A stretch of 63,989 nt of DNA, the filler included, from Basidioascus undulatus (taxonomy: Eukaryota): the NCBI GenBank assembly GCA_000826855.1. It is 3 parts of 3 records of this genome, joined end to end, with 100 filler letters (N's around TTAATTAATTAA, not from the genome) between each part and the next. Parts side by side here need not be neighbours in the genome. Positions count along the whole stretch, not along the records: positions 22,178 to 44,189 come from JTLS01000304.1; 2 more parts are not named here. One strand, 5' to 3'. The notes under the pieces are model-generated. The model saw nothing but the letters and a program-made list of their open reading frames with translations, ran no database searches and was not told the origin of the DNA. The position numbers and the translations under genes were made by a program. This document shows, piece after piece, positions 25,693 through 39,777 of this stretch; positions within the stretch are counted from its first letter, which is position 1, and each line of letters begins with the position of its first letter.

Positions 25693-28600
25693 TTACAGCC
25701 TTGCCTGCTCCGCCTGCGCTCCCCACGGTTCCCGCTCCAACACGGGCGGAGAGATCTGCTGCGCCAGCCCGAGCACGCGCGTCGAAACTGCTCAGTGTCA
25801 CAGTCAGCTTTCAAACCTCATGCTAACAAATGCAAAAGCTCGCGTACCTGTCGCACTGTCCCTCCGGTTCTTGCCCTCTCTGATTGTAGCAGAAAACTCA
25901 GAAAATGACAGCGATCGAGCTACGTGTGCTTGGAACGCACCTCCGGAACGTTCCGAGCCTCTCGACGAAGCCCCAGATGCGCTCACGATCCCACTCGGGG
26001 TTGAGCGCGATTAGTGCCGTGGACTTCTTGAGCTTCGTGCTGCGCCGCGACAGGAGGACGCCCATCGCTTGCAGCCGAGCGAGCGCGTTCGACAGCGTTG
26101 CAGTGTTGACGGCTTCCAGATACGAGAGGTCGCCCTGACGAAAAAAAAGTATGTCAATTTTAACGAACATGGATGACAGCTGTGCATAAGATTACCAACC
26201 TGGTAATAAAGCGTTTTCCTGAAGAGACGGAGCCGCCCATTGAGTGGCGTTATTCGAGGTGCGATTCAAAGTGGACTGCGTACGCGAAAGCCTGAATGCG
26301 GGTGCTGAAGTCCTTCTCCGATACCCAGAGCAGCTCGGTGGGCGTCTCCTCACCCAAGAGCGCGAACAAGCTGACCGCCGCCAACCAGCTGCGCAACTTT
26401 CCGTCCATCAGCAGGCTCCGTAACGCAGAGAAACGAGAATTGACGCACTATCCCTCGATGAAAGGCCAGATGAGGAACAGGAAAAAATCGAAACGCTCTC
26501 GACCCGCTTCTCGTTCTTGATCGGACAGCCCGACCAGGCCGTCCGAAATGGTGATAACGCCGTCGCTCTGCAGTCTCCATGTCAAATTCCTTGTCTTGTA
26601 TCGACAGAAAGAGAATACGTACGTTAAGAGCCTCGATGGTCTGGTTGACGTTGACCTCAAGGGGTGCCGTGGGGTAGATGAACTCGTCCCTGTGGAACTA
26701 CGTCAGTTTCGCGCAGCTACGGACTGTGAATGTCTCAAGGTACTTCAGCAGAGAGGAAAGGAATCCGCTTTCCTAAACAACAGCATATCAGCGAGGCAGT
26801 CTTGTATAAGGCAAAGCTGTTGACGTACTGAGAGTATCACTTCGCGAGAAATCCGCTGTGAAGGCGCAGGGCCCCCTGCTTTCACGCGCGTATACAACGT
26901 CGCGGACAGCAGGGCCTCTTGCACGAAGTGGTGAACGACCTGACCACATCCAAGTCAATCGAAACGTCCTTGGGTTCACTTTGACGAGGCTTACTTGATT
27001 GCGCAGGTAGGACAGCTCGAAACGCTTGAGCGCAAAGTAGGTGGTCTCGAACAGATCGTCCCGAACGCCGATGAGGTCCTTGAGCACGACGAGGGTACTG
27101 TGCAATCGGGATGTGAAGTTGTGTGTCATAGGGCCGCCCCAGTGAGCACTCACCGGTCGACCACCTCTTCAGTGGGCTTGCCGAATGCTGCCACGCGTCC
27201 ACCTTTCCGCAGGATTTCGCTCTTGATCCAATCCACACGCCTGTAGAGTGCGGTCAGTGATGCGGTCTTGTGAAACTGCGTAGCTGGTCCGCCTTGCCTC
27301 ATGAGCTCGCTCTTGCCTACCCCCTTCAGAATGTTGTGCGATAGTCAGCAGGTGCGGTGGACATGGGACAGAGAACAGACAAGCGACCACGTACTCTGCC
27401 CCGCAGCGTGAGAAGTACCGTGCCCACCAAGGCAGCGGGCATGACGACCGATGCAGCATTCTGTTGGGCAGAATTAAGACGGGCAGCTCTTCGTCGCACC
27501 GAGGAACGTGTTACGCACGATGTCGCCCAGCACGCGGTATGCAAGCGCTCGCAGCAGCGCGACCCTGTCCCCTTCGCTTCTCGACACGTCGAACTGTGGT
27601 GCGTCCTCCGAGCGGAAAGCGTTGCGACTGGCAGCGTGCTCGTCCAAGAACGCGCGCAGCGACCATGGCTCAGAAAAGCGAACATCGATCCGGCCGAGTT
27701 TAAGCTGTGCGAGCGTAAGCTCAGATACCCTCCGACACTTGCTGATGGAAGACACACACCCCGAGAACAGCCCGCTTTGAGAACAGCTTCGCCAGCGATT
27801 CGGCTTCCTTCTCCTGGCCGAGTAGTTCCCGCGAGTACGAGGATGCTTCGATAACCTATTGCGGTGATACTGACATTCAGAAATGGAAGCCACTTGGGGC
27901 ACAAACAGACACAGACCCACCTTGTCGTACTGAACAGAAATGGGGCAGATGAGGGCATCTTGAGTCCGACCCTTGAGCACTGCCTCCAGTATATAGCCCA
28001 AGATACCCAGCTTCACAGATCGTCAGCATGTTCTGCCGGGGTGTGGAAGTCGAGATAGTGGCAGTACTTTGGGCGACAACAACTTGCCCGTCCGGCTCCG
28101 ACCCCCCTCAATGAAGCACTCGATGTTGTGCCCTGACCCGTCGATCAGCCTAGAGCCGACAAAACAACGTGGTGTTGTTTACCTTTTTCCAGAAGCTGCT
28201 CGATGTATTCGCTGACGAACCAGGTTTTGTTCAGCAGGGAAGCGTAAAACTGGTCATACGTATTGCTTACCGAACGAGCACCGGGTAGAGCTGATCTTCG
28301 CCGAACTTCCTCCGAATGAAGAAAGCACCACCTCGCCTCAAAATGCTTCCAAGCACTGGGAGATCGAGATTCTCGCCCTGCCGAGTACATTCAACTGTTA
28401 GCATCTGTTACCTGCCGAGAGGCGCAAAGTCCTGCTCACCGCAACGATGTGAGGCACCTATAATTTGCGAAAACCGAAAGCAATCAACTATACAGGAGAT
28501 AGCGCCAGAATGGGAGGTTTGAGAGGGCTCACCGCAAGACCGAGTCGGAACATCCTGAACAAGGCGTCAGCTTTGCCGCCGTGTCATTAAGCCCCCCGAG

Positions 28601-29775
28601 GTACTCATAGGTACTCACAACCAGGAGATTGTCAAGTAGTCGATGTGGCTTCCAGTCCAGGTGGTCAGTTCATCGAATGAAGGCCTATGCCAGTATCAGC
28701 GCGTACCTTTTGTGGCAGGGTAGCAGAATGAGCGATTGTTTGTTCTCAGCTGCTTGGGCAGCGGCACGACGAAGCTTCAACAGCAGCACGGTGAGCCAGT
28801 TCTAATCCAAGGTTTAAGTTCTTTAATTGCAACTCACCATCTCGACCTCGGGCAGGCTGATGAAAATGCCGTTGTCGTATATCCGCGAGAGCCCGTTTTG
28901 CACCGACACGGCAAAAGTCCTGCAGTGCATCCCGGTACGGGACTCAGTTACCGTAGCGAACGCGGTTGTAAAAATAACATACTTCAGAAACGAGATGGAG
29001 CTAAGGGGCAAACGGGATGCGACGTTAGCGACCGACGGCGAACATGTACCAAGTTCACGCACTCTAGCCGCGCGATAAGCTTGTCAATTTCAACCTTGAC
29101 CACATCTTCTAGTTGATTAAGAAGGATCTTCATCCGCTCCGATCTCTCCCGTTCATCGGTGATGGCCAGCCGATCGAGCTGTCGCTCGGCGAGGACACGG
29201 ACACGTCGCTTGACTAGTGGGACAGATCAGCATCGGACTCGCCCGGCGGACACCCAGACGCACATACTCGTGGTACTTTGCAGAAGCGATGTTTTGGTCT
29301 CTTCGGAGTAGGTCGCGTATAGAATTGGTGTGCCGATGTAGCCCCTGTTTCGTGACGATATCTTTCAGCGTCTGGGGAAGACGGTATGTACCAAAGACGT
29401 TGCACCTGTACCCTCGCCATCCCTCGCCTGTGTAGAAAGATCCGAGTTGCGCGAGCGCACGCAGCGGATCTGATGTCTGGCAGCGGTGATGCTAAGCTGC
29501 GATCTCTCCGCTGGACGTGCTGAAACACGCACGAAGCTCGGTTGGTATCCGCCACTGGAGTGATGGTGGTTCGAATCAGCGGTCAACGACGGAAGGGAAA
29601 TGGACAGGACGCACACAAGGTTGGACTGCCCCTCTGCCAGATCATGTACGACTTCTGGATCTTCTACATCGAGCAAATATATAGGATCCGCAGCTCGCCC
29701 GCTTGCCGAGGACACGGAGGGGCTGAGCTCCAGGTCGACGTCGCCGGACGCGGAGCGAAAGCGATAGGTGGTCAT
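25693..29775 (-). CDS. Glycerol-3-phosphate/dihydroxyacetone-phosphate acyltransferase (PlsB/GPAT/GNPAT family)
   Basis: LPCHKSHIDYL (HX4D), FIRRS, FIEGGRSRTGK, PISVQYDKV motifs; many introns; last exon ends AQAEQARL*. Confidence 0.9.
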
Positions 29776-30749
29776 GCGAGCTGGCTCGATGACAAAGACT
29801 TCCGATCGAATTGTGAACGTCAGTATAGCAAGGCTCGAGATGTGATGGACAACAAGAAGACGGGTGTGAAAGGGTTTGGGGATGAAAGGGTCTGGGGATA
29901 CGAGCGCGCTGTCACGTGCAAGATCAACCGGCTGACCTCGGCTTTTCGTTGCAGAGCACAGACTGCAGTTCGTGAGTCTACGTGTTTTGTTCTTCCTTCT
30001 TCCTCCTGAAGGGACCACCGCAGAGTTTTGAACGGGAAGCTGGCGGAGAATTGAAAGGGGTAACCAGTCGTGGCAATGGGCGGCGAGTTTCGACTCTCCG
30101 ACTGCTGCATCTTGTCGATCTGGCAGAGTGCGAGTCCGCGAGTGTTTTCATGTGGCTTGGAAAGTATGAGCACGTCATAATCAATCCATAATTCTATGAA
30201 ACGAAGTGCTATGGTGCTCTCGACTGGCCACACCTGCGACACAACGCGGGTGCATCAACGGTCCACTGGCGTACCGTGTAGACGTGCGATCGCACAGAAG
30301 TCGGTGCCATCGAAAGTGTTCTCGTGCTCGGATCCGATAAAGTAGGACCTCTCATTTCAACCTCGTCGAGGCTACAGGCTCCACCTGATCTTGCGCGGCT
30401 GACTCTGGACACAGTGAATTGGGAAGCGTCCGTTCACAGTGGTCCAACAACACCTTACAATACTATACTACTACGAATAGCTGGAACAAAGTACCCGTCC
30501 TGGCCGTGGCTTGGGCCTCTCATTTGTGAGATTGTCCTGAAACGTACGTGCGCGCTGCACAATCTGCTGATTATCATTATCTGGAAGTACTGAGAATCAG
30601 CCTAGAGCCGGTCCGTTCTCCTCAGAATACGCTGCAATTTGTAGCGCTTTACAAGTTTCCGCCAGGACAGGGTAAATGAACAATCAAGAGCAGGCCTGTC
30701 ATGCAGCCCGGCTTGCGAACAACGCCTCCTGCCATTCTTATCACCGGGC

Positions 30750-31451
30750 ATGTCTGCATGCCCGAGGCGCATCCTGTCGCCCTATATAGACGCAAAGTCC
30801 ATTCACCGTTTGACCTCAAACATTCTCCTCCCTCGCTCGTTATCCCGAGACTACTACAGTGCTTGTTCATGTCACCCTGTGCAGTCCGTCTCTGGCTGTC
30901 GTCTTCTCTTCGTTGCCACGTCTCACGCCTTGTATCTCCAGCGGCTCAAGCATGGGCTCTCGCCGCGCCGGCAGTAACCGTTCTACTCTCTCTTGCTCGA
31001 CGACGGCATCTTCCACCCGTCTCAAACCTCGTCCAGCACCCGTGCTTGGGCTGCGGCTGGGAGCGCTCGTGGCGGCCGGCGCGTTGAAGGACAGGAGCGA
31101 TGAGGAGGTTGGAGACAGGGCATACCGGCTGGCTCATAATGTATGTCTCTATTGGAAACCAGACCTTTCCTCTTCCTTCTAACAATTCCATGCATTCAAA
31201 AGGCATCATAAACCCGTCTGGATGCCATCATTCTGCCGTCGGTTGCTCTCGGCGCTAGCGCAGGTCTCCACATTCGTGGCGGGCGTCTACAGCATGTCGG
31301 ACCGGCAAGGGCTACGTTGGGTGGGGTGGGAATTGGGATGGCGTTTTCGGTTGTGGCGCACTTGGTGAGAGAGGGGTTGAAAGGAGAAGAAAAGGCTCTG
31401 CCCAGCAAAATGGTCGAGGCGGCAAAGACACTGCTCAATGCGCCGGCTTAA
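30750..31451 (+). CDS. Small putative membrane protein, possibly DUF1757-like; gene model uncertain
   Basis: Hydrophobic segments around DRSDEEVGDRAYRLAHN / RLDAIILPSVALGA...GGVGIGMAFSVVAHLV; TAA at 31451. 5' exons ambiguous. Confidence 0.45.
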
Positions 31452-32610
31452 TCAGATTCGCCATAGCGTGCATAATGTATACTTCTGGGCTATATTTCCA
31501 TACTCGAGCTTTCATGGGTCACTAAGTATGCCAGCGACGAGCAGAGTACGGACTACCTTTCCATGTGTACAATCACGTTGGCAATGAGCAGGTCCCCCTT
31601 ATATTTTGCCCGAGCGAGCTAGGAGTGCCTTTGTCTAGACTGGTATTCATGAACTCTGGTATTATGGGCCAGCTGTGCTGCAGAAATTCAAGTCGAATAC
31701 AGCCCATTCCCTTCCTTACCCCGTCATCTGTGCGTCTGCCACATTCCCTCAAACCATTCATTTCTGCAGTGTTCAACGGTTTTTCACGGTTGTGATCACT
31801 AGGTATAAAGTTTTCAAGCCTATCTATTGGAAAAAAAATACCAAGTCAGAGGTGGATTGTCAACGTGGCTACGTTTCTCATCTGGAAGGGTTACCGGGAA
31901 GGTGGGAAGGAGCAGTGGGCCGGAGCTTCGAAAGCCAAAGGCTTGCAATAATGCTGCAAGGGGCAGTGACGGCGTTCCATTTAACGAGGTGTTGACCATA
32001 CCCTGGAATTTATGTAATCCGGTTCACTTCGAAGCAATTTATCCATCTGGATGCTTGTGGGATGCCATTTGGTTCTGGCCCCACTTAACACATCGCAACA
32101 CGGTTGCGGCGCCAGCCTGCCCAGGTTCACAGACTTGTTCAAGTTTAATTACTGTGTATTCTATCCGGCGTTTATCAAAGGGCGAAGATGCAGCTTTCTA
32201 GAGCGAGACGAGGACGACATCCCGTCCGACGGCAGCCTCCTCAGCTCGGCTGATGCGGTTGGCGTACCCCAACCTTCGCCCACCCCTCAACAATTTCTTC
32301 ACCTTGCACCTCCCAGATGCAGACTGCAGATTGTCGTCGCATTTACAGCCACGCATTGCGTGAGCTTGGGCGGCAGTCTTGAACCTCGCTTGATTGGAAC
32401 TCCCACGGAAAGTCAACGACGTCACCTGGCATCGACCCTCCACCTCGACGCGTCCCAAATACCGGCCGGGTGCACCCCTTCAGCATGCGCTCCTTGACGT
32501 TCTTCCAGCTTCATCGCTTTTGCAAGCAGCGAACCCTCAGCGCATCGGCACATATCCTCCAACCACATCCAACTTGCACCCAACACCACCTTTCCAGCTC
32601 TTATCGCACC

Positions 32611-33725
32611 ATGTCCACTCAGCCTGCCGACAAGAAGGCGAAGACCTCGGAGCAGTACGAGCTCATCTACTGGCCGGGCATGTGAGTACGCTTCCAAAAT
32701 GCAGTGGTGTAGAGTGCTGAAGGGAGGTATGCTGCAGTCCCGGTCGCGGCGAATACATCCGCCTTGCTCTCGAGGAGGCCGGTGCGAACTACAGTGACAC
32801 TCCAGGGGGGGTTGACGAGGTCACGAAGCATATTTCCCCCGACTTCAAGGATGAGAGTGAGTCTTGTTTTTAAAACATCTACTCTTGATGCTCAGCCTTC
32901 CGTGACAGATGGCAACCCACCTCACTTTGCGCCGCCCATCCTCCGCTCCGGCAAGCTCCTCATCAGCCAGACGCCCAACATCCTGCTCTACCTCGGCCCG
33001 CGTCTCGGCCTCGTCCCCGAGGAGGAGGCTGGAAAGCTCCACGTTAACCAGGTCACGCTCACCATCCTCGACCTGAGCAATGAGGCGCACGACACGCAGT
33101 ACGTACAGTCCAGCACCCCCGTGAATGCTTATCGCTGACAGCGTCACGCTCATACAGCCACCCTGTCGCCGTTGGGCTCTAGTGAGTGACTACGGGCAAT
33201 GTTTGATAGCAGGGACTGATCTCTGGACATCCAGCTACGAGGACCAGAAGGAGGAGTCGAAACGGAAGGCCGAGGACTTCCGCAAGAACCGTATCCCCAA
33301 GTTCTTTGGGTCCGTCTCACATTTCATGCCAGTCCCACGCTCTTCGATTGACTGAACTAAGCCAATGGACCTCTTCAGACACTTTGAGCGCGTCCTCGCG
33401 CAGAACTCCGCGTCGTCTTCGCATTTCCTCGTCGGCTCCGACATTTCCTACGCCGACACCACCCTGTTCCAGGTCGTTGACGGTCTCAAGTTCGCTGTAC
33501 GTCTTGACGTCATTTGCCGTACGACTTACCGACGCTGAGATAAAACGTGCTTTCATCAAGTTCCCGAAAGTTCTGGCCAAGGAGCTTCCCAAGTACAAGC
33601 TGCTCTCGGCTCACTACGAGCGTGTCAAGGAGCGGCCGCGTCTGAAGGCGTACCTTTCCAGCGACCGCCGGCAGAAGTACTCGATGGGTCTCTACAGGCA
33701 CTACGCTGAGCTGGATGACGAGTGA
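32611..33725 (+). CDS. Glutathione S-transferase
   Basis: YELIYWPGIPGRGEYIRLALEEAG, FAPPILRSGKLLISQTPNIL, EAHDTHHP...YEDQKEE, SYADTTLFQVVDGL, RPRLKAYLSSDRR. Confidence 0.92.
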
Positions 33726-34131
33726 TGAGGAGGAGTGGATTAGAACTAAACTGAAGAAGAGAGTATTAGGGCCATGCATGTCACTTGAAGAACTCAGCGT
33801 CGCATTGCTCTGCATGCGACTTATAGACTTAGCGTACAAAATTACAGAATTTACAGACTATTTGATAAATCATTGAATATTTTCCAGGCTGTCGCCGGCA
33901 ATGAAGTGAAATAAAAGCATGGCTGGCTCCCCTTTTCAGAGTCATCGCATCCCGCTCACAGCTCGCAGCCAACGCATGAAATGTCTTGACTCACGGGGTC
34001 ACAGAAAAGTTACAAGTCTCCAGCTAAGGCCTTGCTATCTCTACCCACATCGACAGGTGCTCGCCGAGCTCCGGATCTCATGTTTGCAGCCAACCGCTAC
34101 CGCCCGATCGCGACCTATTCCTCCAGCACGC

Positions 34132-34818
34132 ATGTTGCAGCACGAGCATACCGGACCAGCCCTTCTTGGGCGTAAGTATGCAACATCTCCACTCATTCCC
34201 TGGTGGAATTGTCAGTCAATCACATATCTCAACAGCGGTTCGCTTCCAGCATGACGGCCCATCTCCCCGCAGCCATCGCCATCGAGGGCCCGACTACGGA
34301 AACCACTTCTCGGTGCTCCATTACTACGACACTCAGCCCACTGCGAAGATTCGCATTCAGCGTCGATTCGACTCCGAGGCCGAGGCCGCCGAAGGCATCA
34401 AGGCGCTGAGAGAGGTCCGCGAGGGATGGGCGGATGCGGAACACTGCTGGGCTTCCGAAAGGCTGTTGTGGACGCGAGAAGATAAGCCGGCTGGAAAAGT
34501 ACAGTCGGTTGGACTAGAGGATCTCCTGAACTCGGCCAAGCTCAAGAGGGCCAAGCGACGAGGTCGGCAGGGCGGTGAGCCATTTGAAGCATTCGAAAAT
34601 AGGTGCTGGCTTACTCAGGATTAGGGAAGGATACAGCTGGCGAGATAAAGGAGATTGGAGATGAGTGGGAATTAGTCACTGAGGACAGCTTCGTTATGGT
34701 GGAAGGTGGAGACGAGAGGAGCGAGCCGCGGGGGACTACGCGGGGCTTGAACAAGTCGCAGCAGGGTGGGAAGAAGTGCCCTAACGCCAGCGTTGTGAAA
34801 CGCAGCGAGCCACCATAG
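34132..34818 (+). CDS. Hypothetical protein (about 3 exons)
   Basis: ATG at 34132, GTAAGT and GTGAGC introns link open frames to TAG at 34818. No family recognised. Confidence 0.45.
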
Positions 34819-35342
34819 ATTGCATTAATGCACAGAAGCATGTCAAAAGAATGCTCTACTAAAACTAACACTGAGGATGTTTGATGGCACTGGACCGGAT
34901 TGAGCGGCAACGCAGACACGCACACCTAAAGCATTCTGATCGACCTGATCGCCACCGAAGAGGATGCAGTAAAGCACATCCACGCACGATAGCTTCATGT
35001 GACAGAAAGGTGTGAGAAATTTGATATTCTGCTGGCGGGGTGGAAGGGAACGGGAAGACTCAGTGGGTAGCCTTCCGCTCACCCCTTGGCTGTCAGAGCA
35101 CATTTTCCAGCATCGGTGCTGCTCATTGTCAACCGACCCCAAATGGACCTTTCCAGATGCAATTGGGTCACTAATTTTAGCTCTCTGCTGCCAATGGCCA
35201 GCTCTGGCGTAACTTATACGCAAGCTAGATTTGGAGACGAAGCAGTAAATTTCTCAGCAGGTCCTTGAATTGGTTTGCAACGCAAATAGACAATGTCAAG
35301 CGCACTGCGTTGGAACGAACAGATGGTGGTACATTTTGATCA

Positions 35343-37397
35343 TCACTGTTGAAGCAACCGCTCCGAGCTCTGGTGTTGAACGAGCTCTCTCTTGCTGGCC
35401 AGACAATCCGCGTCAAACTTGGCCACATGGTCGTCGTCGACTTCCTCAGCAAACATCGAGCCCGTCCCCGGGAACTCGATAATGTTGAGGTCCACCTTGC
35501 TCTGGTCTCCACCTACGTCCTTCCCGTCCATCTCTGCCCGCACGCGTTCGTCCCAACGCGGTGGCCGGATCCACGCCGACGGCTCGCCGTCGTCGATCAC
35601 CGTCATCTGGTGGGTTGTGACAGTGATGCGGGAACGGGACGCAACATTCTGGATGAGCGCGTGGCGAGTGATGGTGTAGAGAAGGACATTCGTCAAGCCT
35701 GCAAGGGAACACGGTGAAGGTTGTGAGCCTGAGTGCAGGGCAATGTAGAAGGGCAAGGTCAAGCGGACCGGAGCTGCTAAAACAGATGCCGGCAAACACG
35801 TAGAGCCCGAAAGGAGCTGAGTAGCCCTCGTTAACAAAGGGTTCAGAAAAAGAACACGAAGAACTCACGCGTCCAGCCGGCCATGACGCCCAACCGACAG
35901 ATGCAGACAGGCACTATCACGATGAAGTAGACAAGGGGATAGCTGAGAGCAGGATGTGTCATACATATTTTTTTTTCGCGGCAGAAAAGGGACTTGGAGA
36001 GGAACTCACAGGAGTAGCTTCATTGCGACTTGTTTGACGTGCTCTCCCACCTGCACGTCGCTTCCTTCTCCTGAGCCGGTTGCCCTCTCTCGGCTTCCAG
36101 CGGAGCGAGAGCGACCGGTGCTCTTGCCATCGTGGGAAGACAAGTTCCAGACCGACCACGGCTTGAGGCAGGATAAGGAGCCAGAAGGTAGCCCTTTCCA
36201 AGCAATCCGGCTGCCCTCGACAGAGAGAATTCTCGAGAAGCGAAGGTAAATGAGAGTGTAGAGGATGGTTGAAAGAAAAAGTGCCGTAAGGATCCAGACC
36301 TATTGTAATGTGTCATTCGCAGCGGTTTCTCGTTGCATACGGTTTTCATGAGTAAACAAGCCGACGCACCCAGAGGTAGAGCAGTCGCGCCACTCTACAG
36401 ACAGAAGCAATTGAGTCTTCGGAAAATGCAATGCAAATGGAAGGCTGGAACTCACTGGTAACCACCTCCGATAAAGCACCAAGCGCCCGATAGAGACCAA
36501 AAGGAACCGTGACGGTCATAGTCTTGAATAGCAGTGGTGCCGAGTACCGGAAAGATGACGAGGGCTGTCCAGCCGGCAAGGAGGACAACAGGTGCAGTCC
36601 AGGATGCGGGTCGGCGGGTGTACTTTGAAATAGTTCTCAGGAATCAAGACTTAAATCAAGGGAGGACAGCCATCTGCCAGGACTCACGAAGAGGATAGAG
36701 AACGTGTGGCACGCGATGGCGAAACTCCAGACAGCTGATCCAAGGTCTCCCACTTGAGACAGGGCACCTACATTAGTGGGTAGTAATGTGAAGCTTTAGC
36801 ACGTCAGCCGGAAGAGGAATATCGTGAGGAAAAGAAACGGAATCAGCGCACCTTGGAATGTGCAGACTCCCCCTACGTGCATAGAACCTACAGCCGCCCA
36901 CCTGAAATTGGCTGCGAATGCGGCGCCCTGGAAGAAATCACTGAGGAGGAGGCTGATCTAGCGAGGGAATTGACTGAGTATGGAACAAGACGGCAGGGAG
37001 GAAGCAGCTCACGAGATAGGCGCCCAAAGCGCTGCGGCAGAATAGGCGAACTCCGTTGGATACACAAGAGCGCGTAGATGCGCCAACAAGGAACCCATGC
37101 CACTGCGGGCAGTGGGGGGTTGCCACCCGAGGTTTGTTAGCACACAGGGATCTGACGCGAGAAATGGTCTACGAACGATGATGTAGCACAACAGGCTGAA
37201 GGTGCTGATGGCGGACAGGATCCCCACTACGGCGATGAGCTGTCCGATACGTTCCGAACTTTATCAGTCAGCATAGAGCTGCAGGCTCAAGGTAATGGAC
37301 TGTCGCTAGAGTCAAGGGGACTTGCCGCAAGCCCAATCCGTTCTCCGACATCAGGGTAGTCCTGCGACTCTAATATAGCGTCGTCGAAGCTACCCAT
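35343..37397 (-). CDS. 7-transmembrane G-protein-coupled receptor, Git3/Gpr1-like
   Basis: ERIGLA-LIAVVGILSAISTFSLLCYI, ISDFFQGAAF, QVGDLGSAVWSFAIACHTF, GAWCFIG, VAMKLL..YPLVYFIVIVP, GLTNVLLYTITR: the usual order of TM motifs in fungal Git3-type receptors. Confidence 0.8.
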
Positions 37398-39777
37398 CTC
37401 TTCAGAGCCAATCCTGAAGAGTCAGACAGCCGAATTAGGGCGACGTTGTGAGGGTAACGTGATTGACAGAATCTTGCAGGAGACGACAAGTGGAAAAACA
37501 GGAAGAGAAGAGACTCGGGATGGACCAGACTCACTATATACTGAGTGGGGGATGACCCTGAGTCTTGTTTCACAAACCGACTCAACTGATTTACGGAGGG
37601 CGATGAGCCCGGGCCGCAAGGTACGGTGCCACGTTGTGGATATACCCCAGGTCCTCCATTGAAGGTTAAACACCTGACACTATGTAGGTATCCGGGCAGC
37701 CTGAAAAAAATATAGCCCAATGATTGAGTGTCACATGGTGGGTATGATTTTCGAATAGCGTCGATACAAAGGAAGAAGGGAGTTCGAGTCTTCGAGATCA
37801 CCTGGCCGACGGAGTCCTCAGCGCTAGCTCCGGGAGAGACAGACGGTGCGTGGCGAGCGTTGAGGAGGTGGGCAACCAGTCCGCCGCCTGTGAAGCGGAC
37901 CGGGGTGGGTAGGCTGTCCCCAGATTCGGTTTGCGACCCTCCCACCATCAAGACAGGGCCCGGCGACGAGCGACACACACCGCAAACGGTCGATTGCACG
38001 AATCCTACCAAGTTTTCTATATTTTTTTTCGCTCTCGCGGAAGCGCTCTTATCCGTCCTTCCACATCCGAGGGATGAATTGCATCTAGACAGGTCCGCGC
38101 AAGAAGCAGCGCCACCCCCGCCCGGCCTTTCAAATTTCGACCGAGCCGCTCACGTGGCTCACGACGCTGGACTCTGGAGACGGGAACGCTGTCATCCGCG
38201 TAGTGATTCAGGCCCGAACCCCTTCCCTTCTTCTTTCCGCAAGGCGGCGTTTTCGAACGAGCAAAAAGTCGGCAGGACTTGTGCCATGCGACTGCGTCCG
38301 AGGAGAGAGTGCCTGGCACCATGGAGCCACGCGGAACCCAATCCCACATCTTCAACAGTAAAAGGTGAGTTCATTGGAACCTGGAAGTCCCAATATAAGT
38401 CCTTTGGTGGTTCGACAAGCACAACCCCACGACCTTCGCTCGGGACGAAAATTGGGACGCGACCGGCACCCTTCTTCGTCCTGATCTGCTTTCCCGAGCG
38501 GCTCACAATACCATAAAGGGGATATTCAAGGAGAGTTATCACCTTTGTCTGATGTTGTATTTCGCAATACCGCGGCTCCAGGATTCAGCCAGTGATATTC
38601 AGCTTGTTTGTGACGATGTTTTCAACTAGTTGACGCAGGCACGCTTCGCGCGACGTCCTGTTCAAATAGTACCTTTGCTGACAGATATCTTTGACAGCTC
38701 AGTGAACAAGATGGATGGCAGGTAAGAAGCGGCCTGCAGCAGGGCGGGCTGATCCGTTACGTTCAACCCTGTGCGCAATTCGTATGACCGCGACCGCACT
38801 TGAATGCGCCCGAGGACTGTCCTGAATCTTTAAAAGCTGGTACATAGGCTGTTATAAAGGTATCGCAGACCTGGCGTTGTCCACACCTCGGAAAAATCCT
38901 CCAGGGGCTTAGCAGTTTATGCGCATCCTTCCTGCCGACGGGCCATGGGCTCGAGAGCACCTCAGGGCCCTTGATTTGGCTTCGTGCTCTAATTATAGTA
39001 GTCGGAACTCATCCACCGCAGCGTTGAGACTCGGGCAGCCGCTCTCACAAGGCAGATTGGGCCCGAGCATTGCTCGTCTGTGCAGGGGGTAGGCACAACA
39101 CCAATGCTTCATCGTCACGGAAGACCTATGTTTCAATGCTATCGCTGGTGTTTCTCACATGGGAAGGAACAATGCAGTTGCCGGGGTCCCTTGTTGCACG
39201 GTAGACCCGAGACGAAGGAATTAAAGTGCTTGACGTTCAGAGGCTGTCCGCCGCAAGATTGGGCTGGCAGTTCAGTGACCTCGAAAGAATACGATATTGT
39301 GCAAATATCACCAAGAGCCCAAAGAGGATTTGGTTCGAGAGTCGTTGTCTTTAGCTGGGTACGTAGGGCAAGGGAAGCGGGCTTTTGCTCCGCGCGAACT
39401 GTGATAGGAGAGATCGGCCGGTGCGGGCGCTGCAGCTGCGTTTGCGTCTGAGCGTCGCACGATGGAGCGGGAAGCGGCGTAGTTTCTAAAGCGAGTCAAA
39501 GTGTACGGTCAGTAGTAGTGCTGCAGGGAGTGATCAGCGACAGAAGAGGAGCGGCCGATGTTAATGGTCTTATACGCCACGCAGCCGCGGGGACGTGAAC
39601 CTGTCCCCAAGTGTTCAATCCAGCCATGTTGACAAAAGACGACAGGTCCGGGTGCACACCGAGCACAAAAGAAGTGCAAGAAGCACGTCGCGCGGACGCA
39701 TGTGGGCGGTAGACCATAGTACAACAAGTGTGCTTCCCCTCCCTCCTGCCCTTCCCCGCGCCCTCCCCTCACCAGGC

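Noticed and set aside
9410..29775. Apparent acyl-CoA/lipid cluster (carnitine acetyltransferase, PrpD, GPAT/DHAPAT)
   Set aside because: Spans an artificial contig join and unrelated genes; these are ordinary housekeeping enzymes.
30930..31060. Possible frameshift in the DUF1757-like gene
   Set aside because: An alternative continuous open frame (30859-31182) exists, so a frameshift is not required; needs RNA data.
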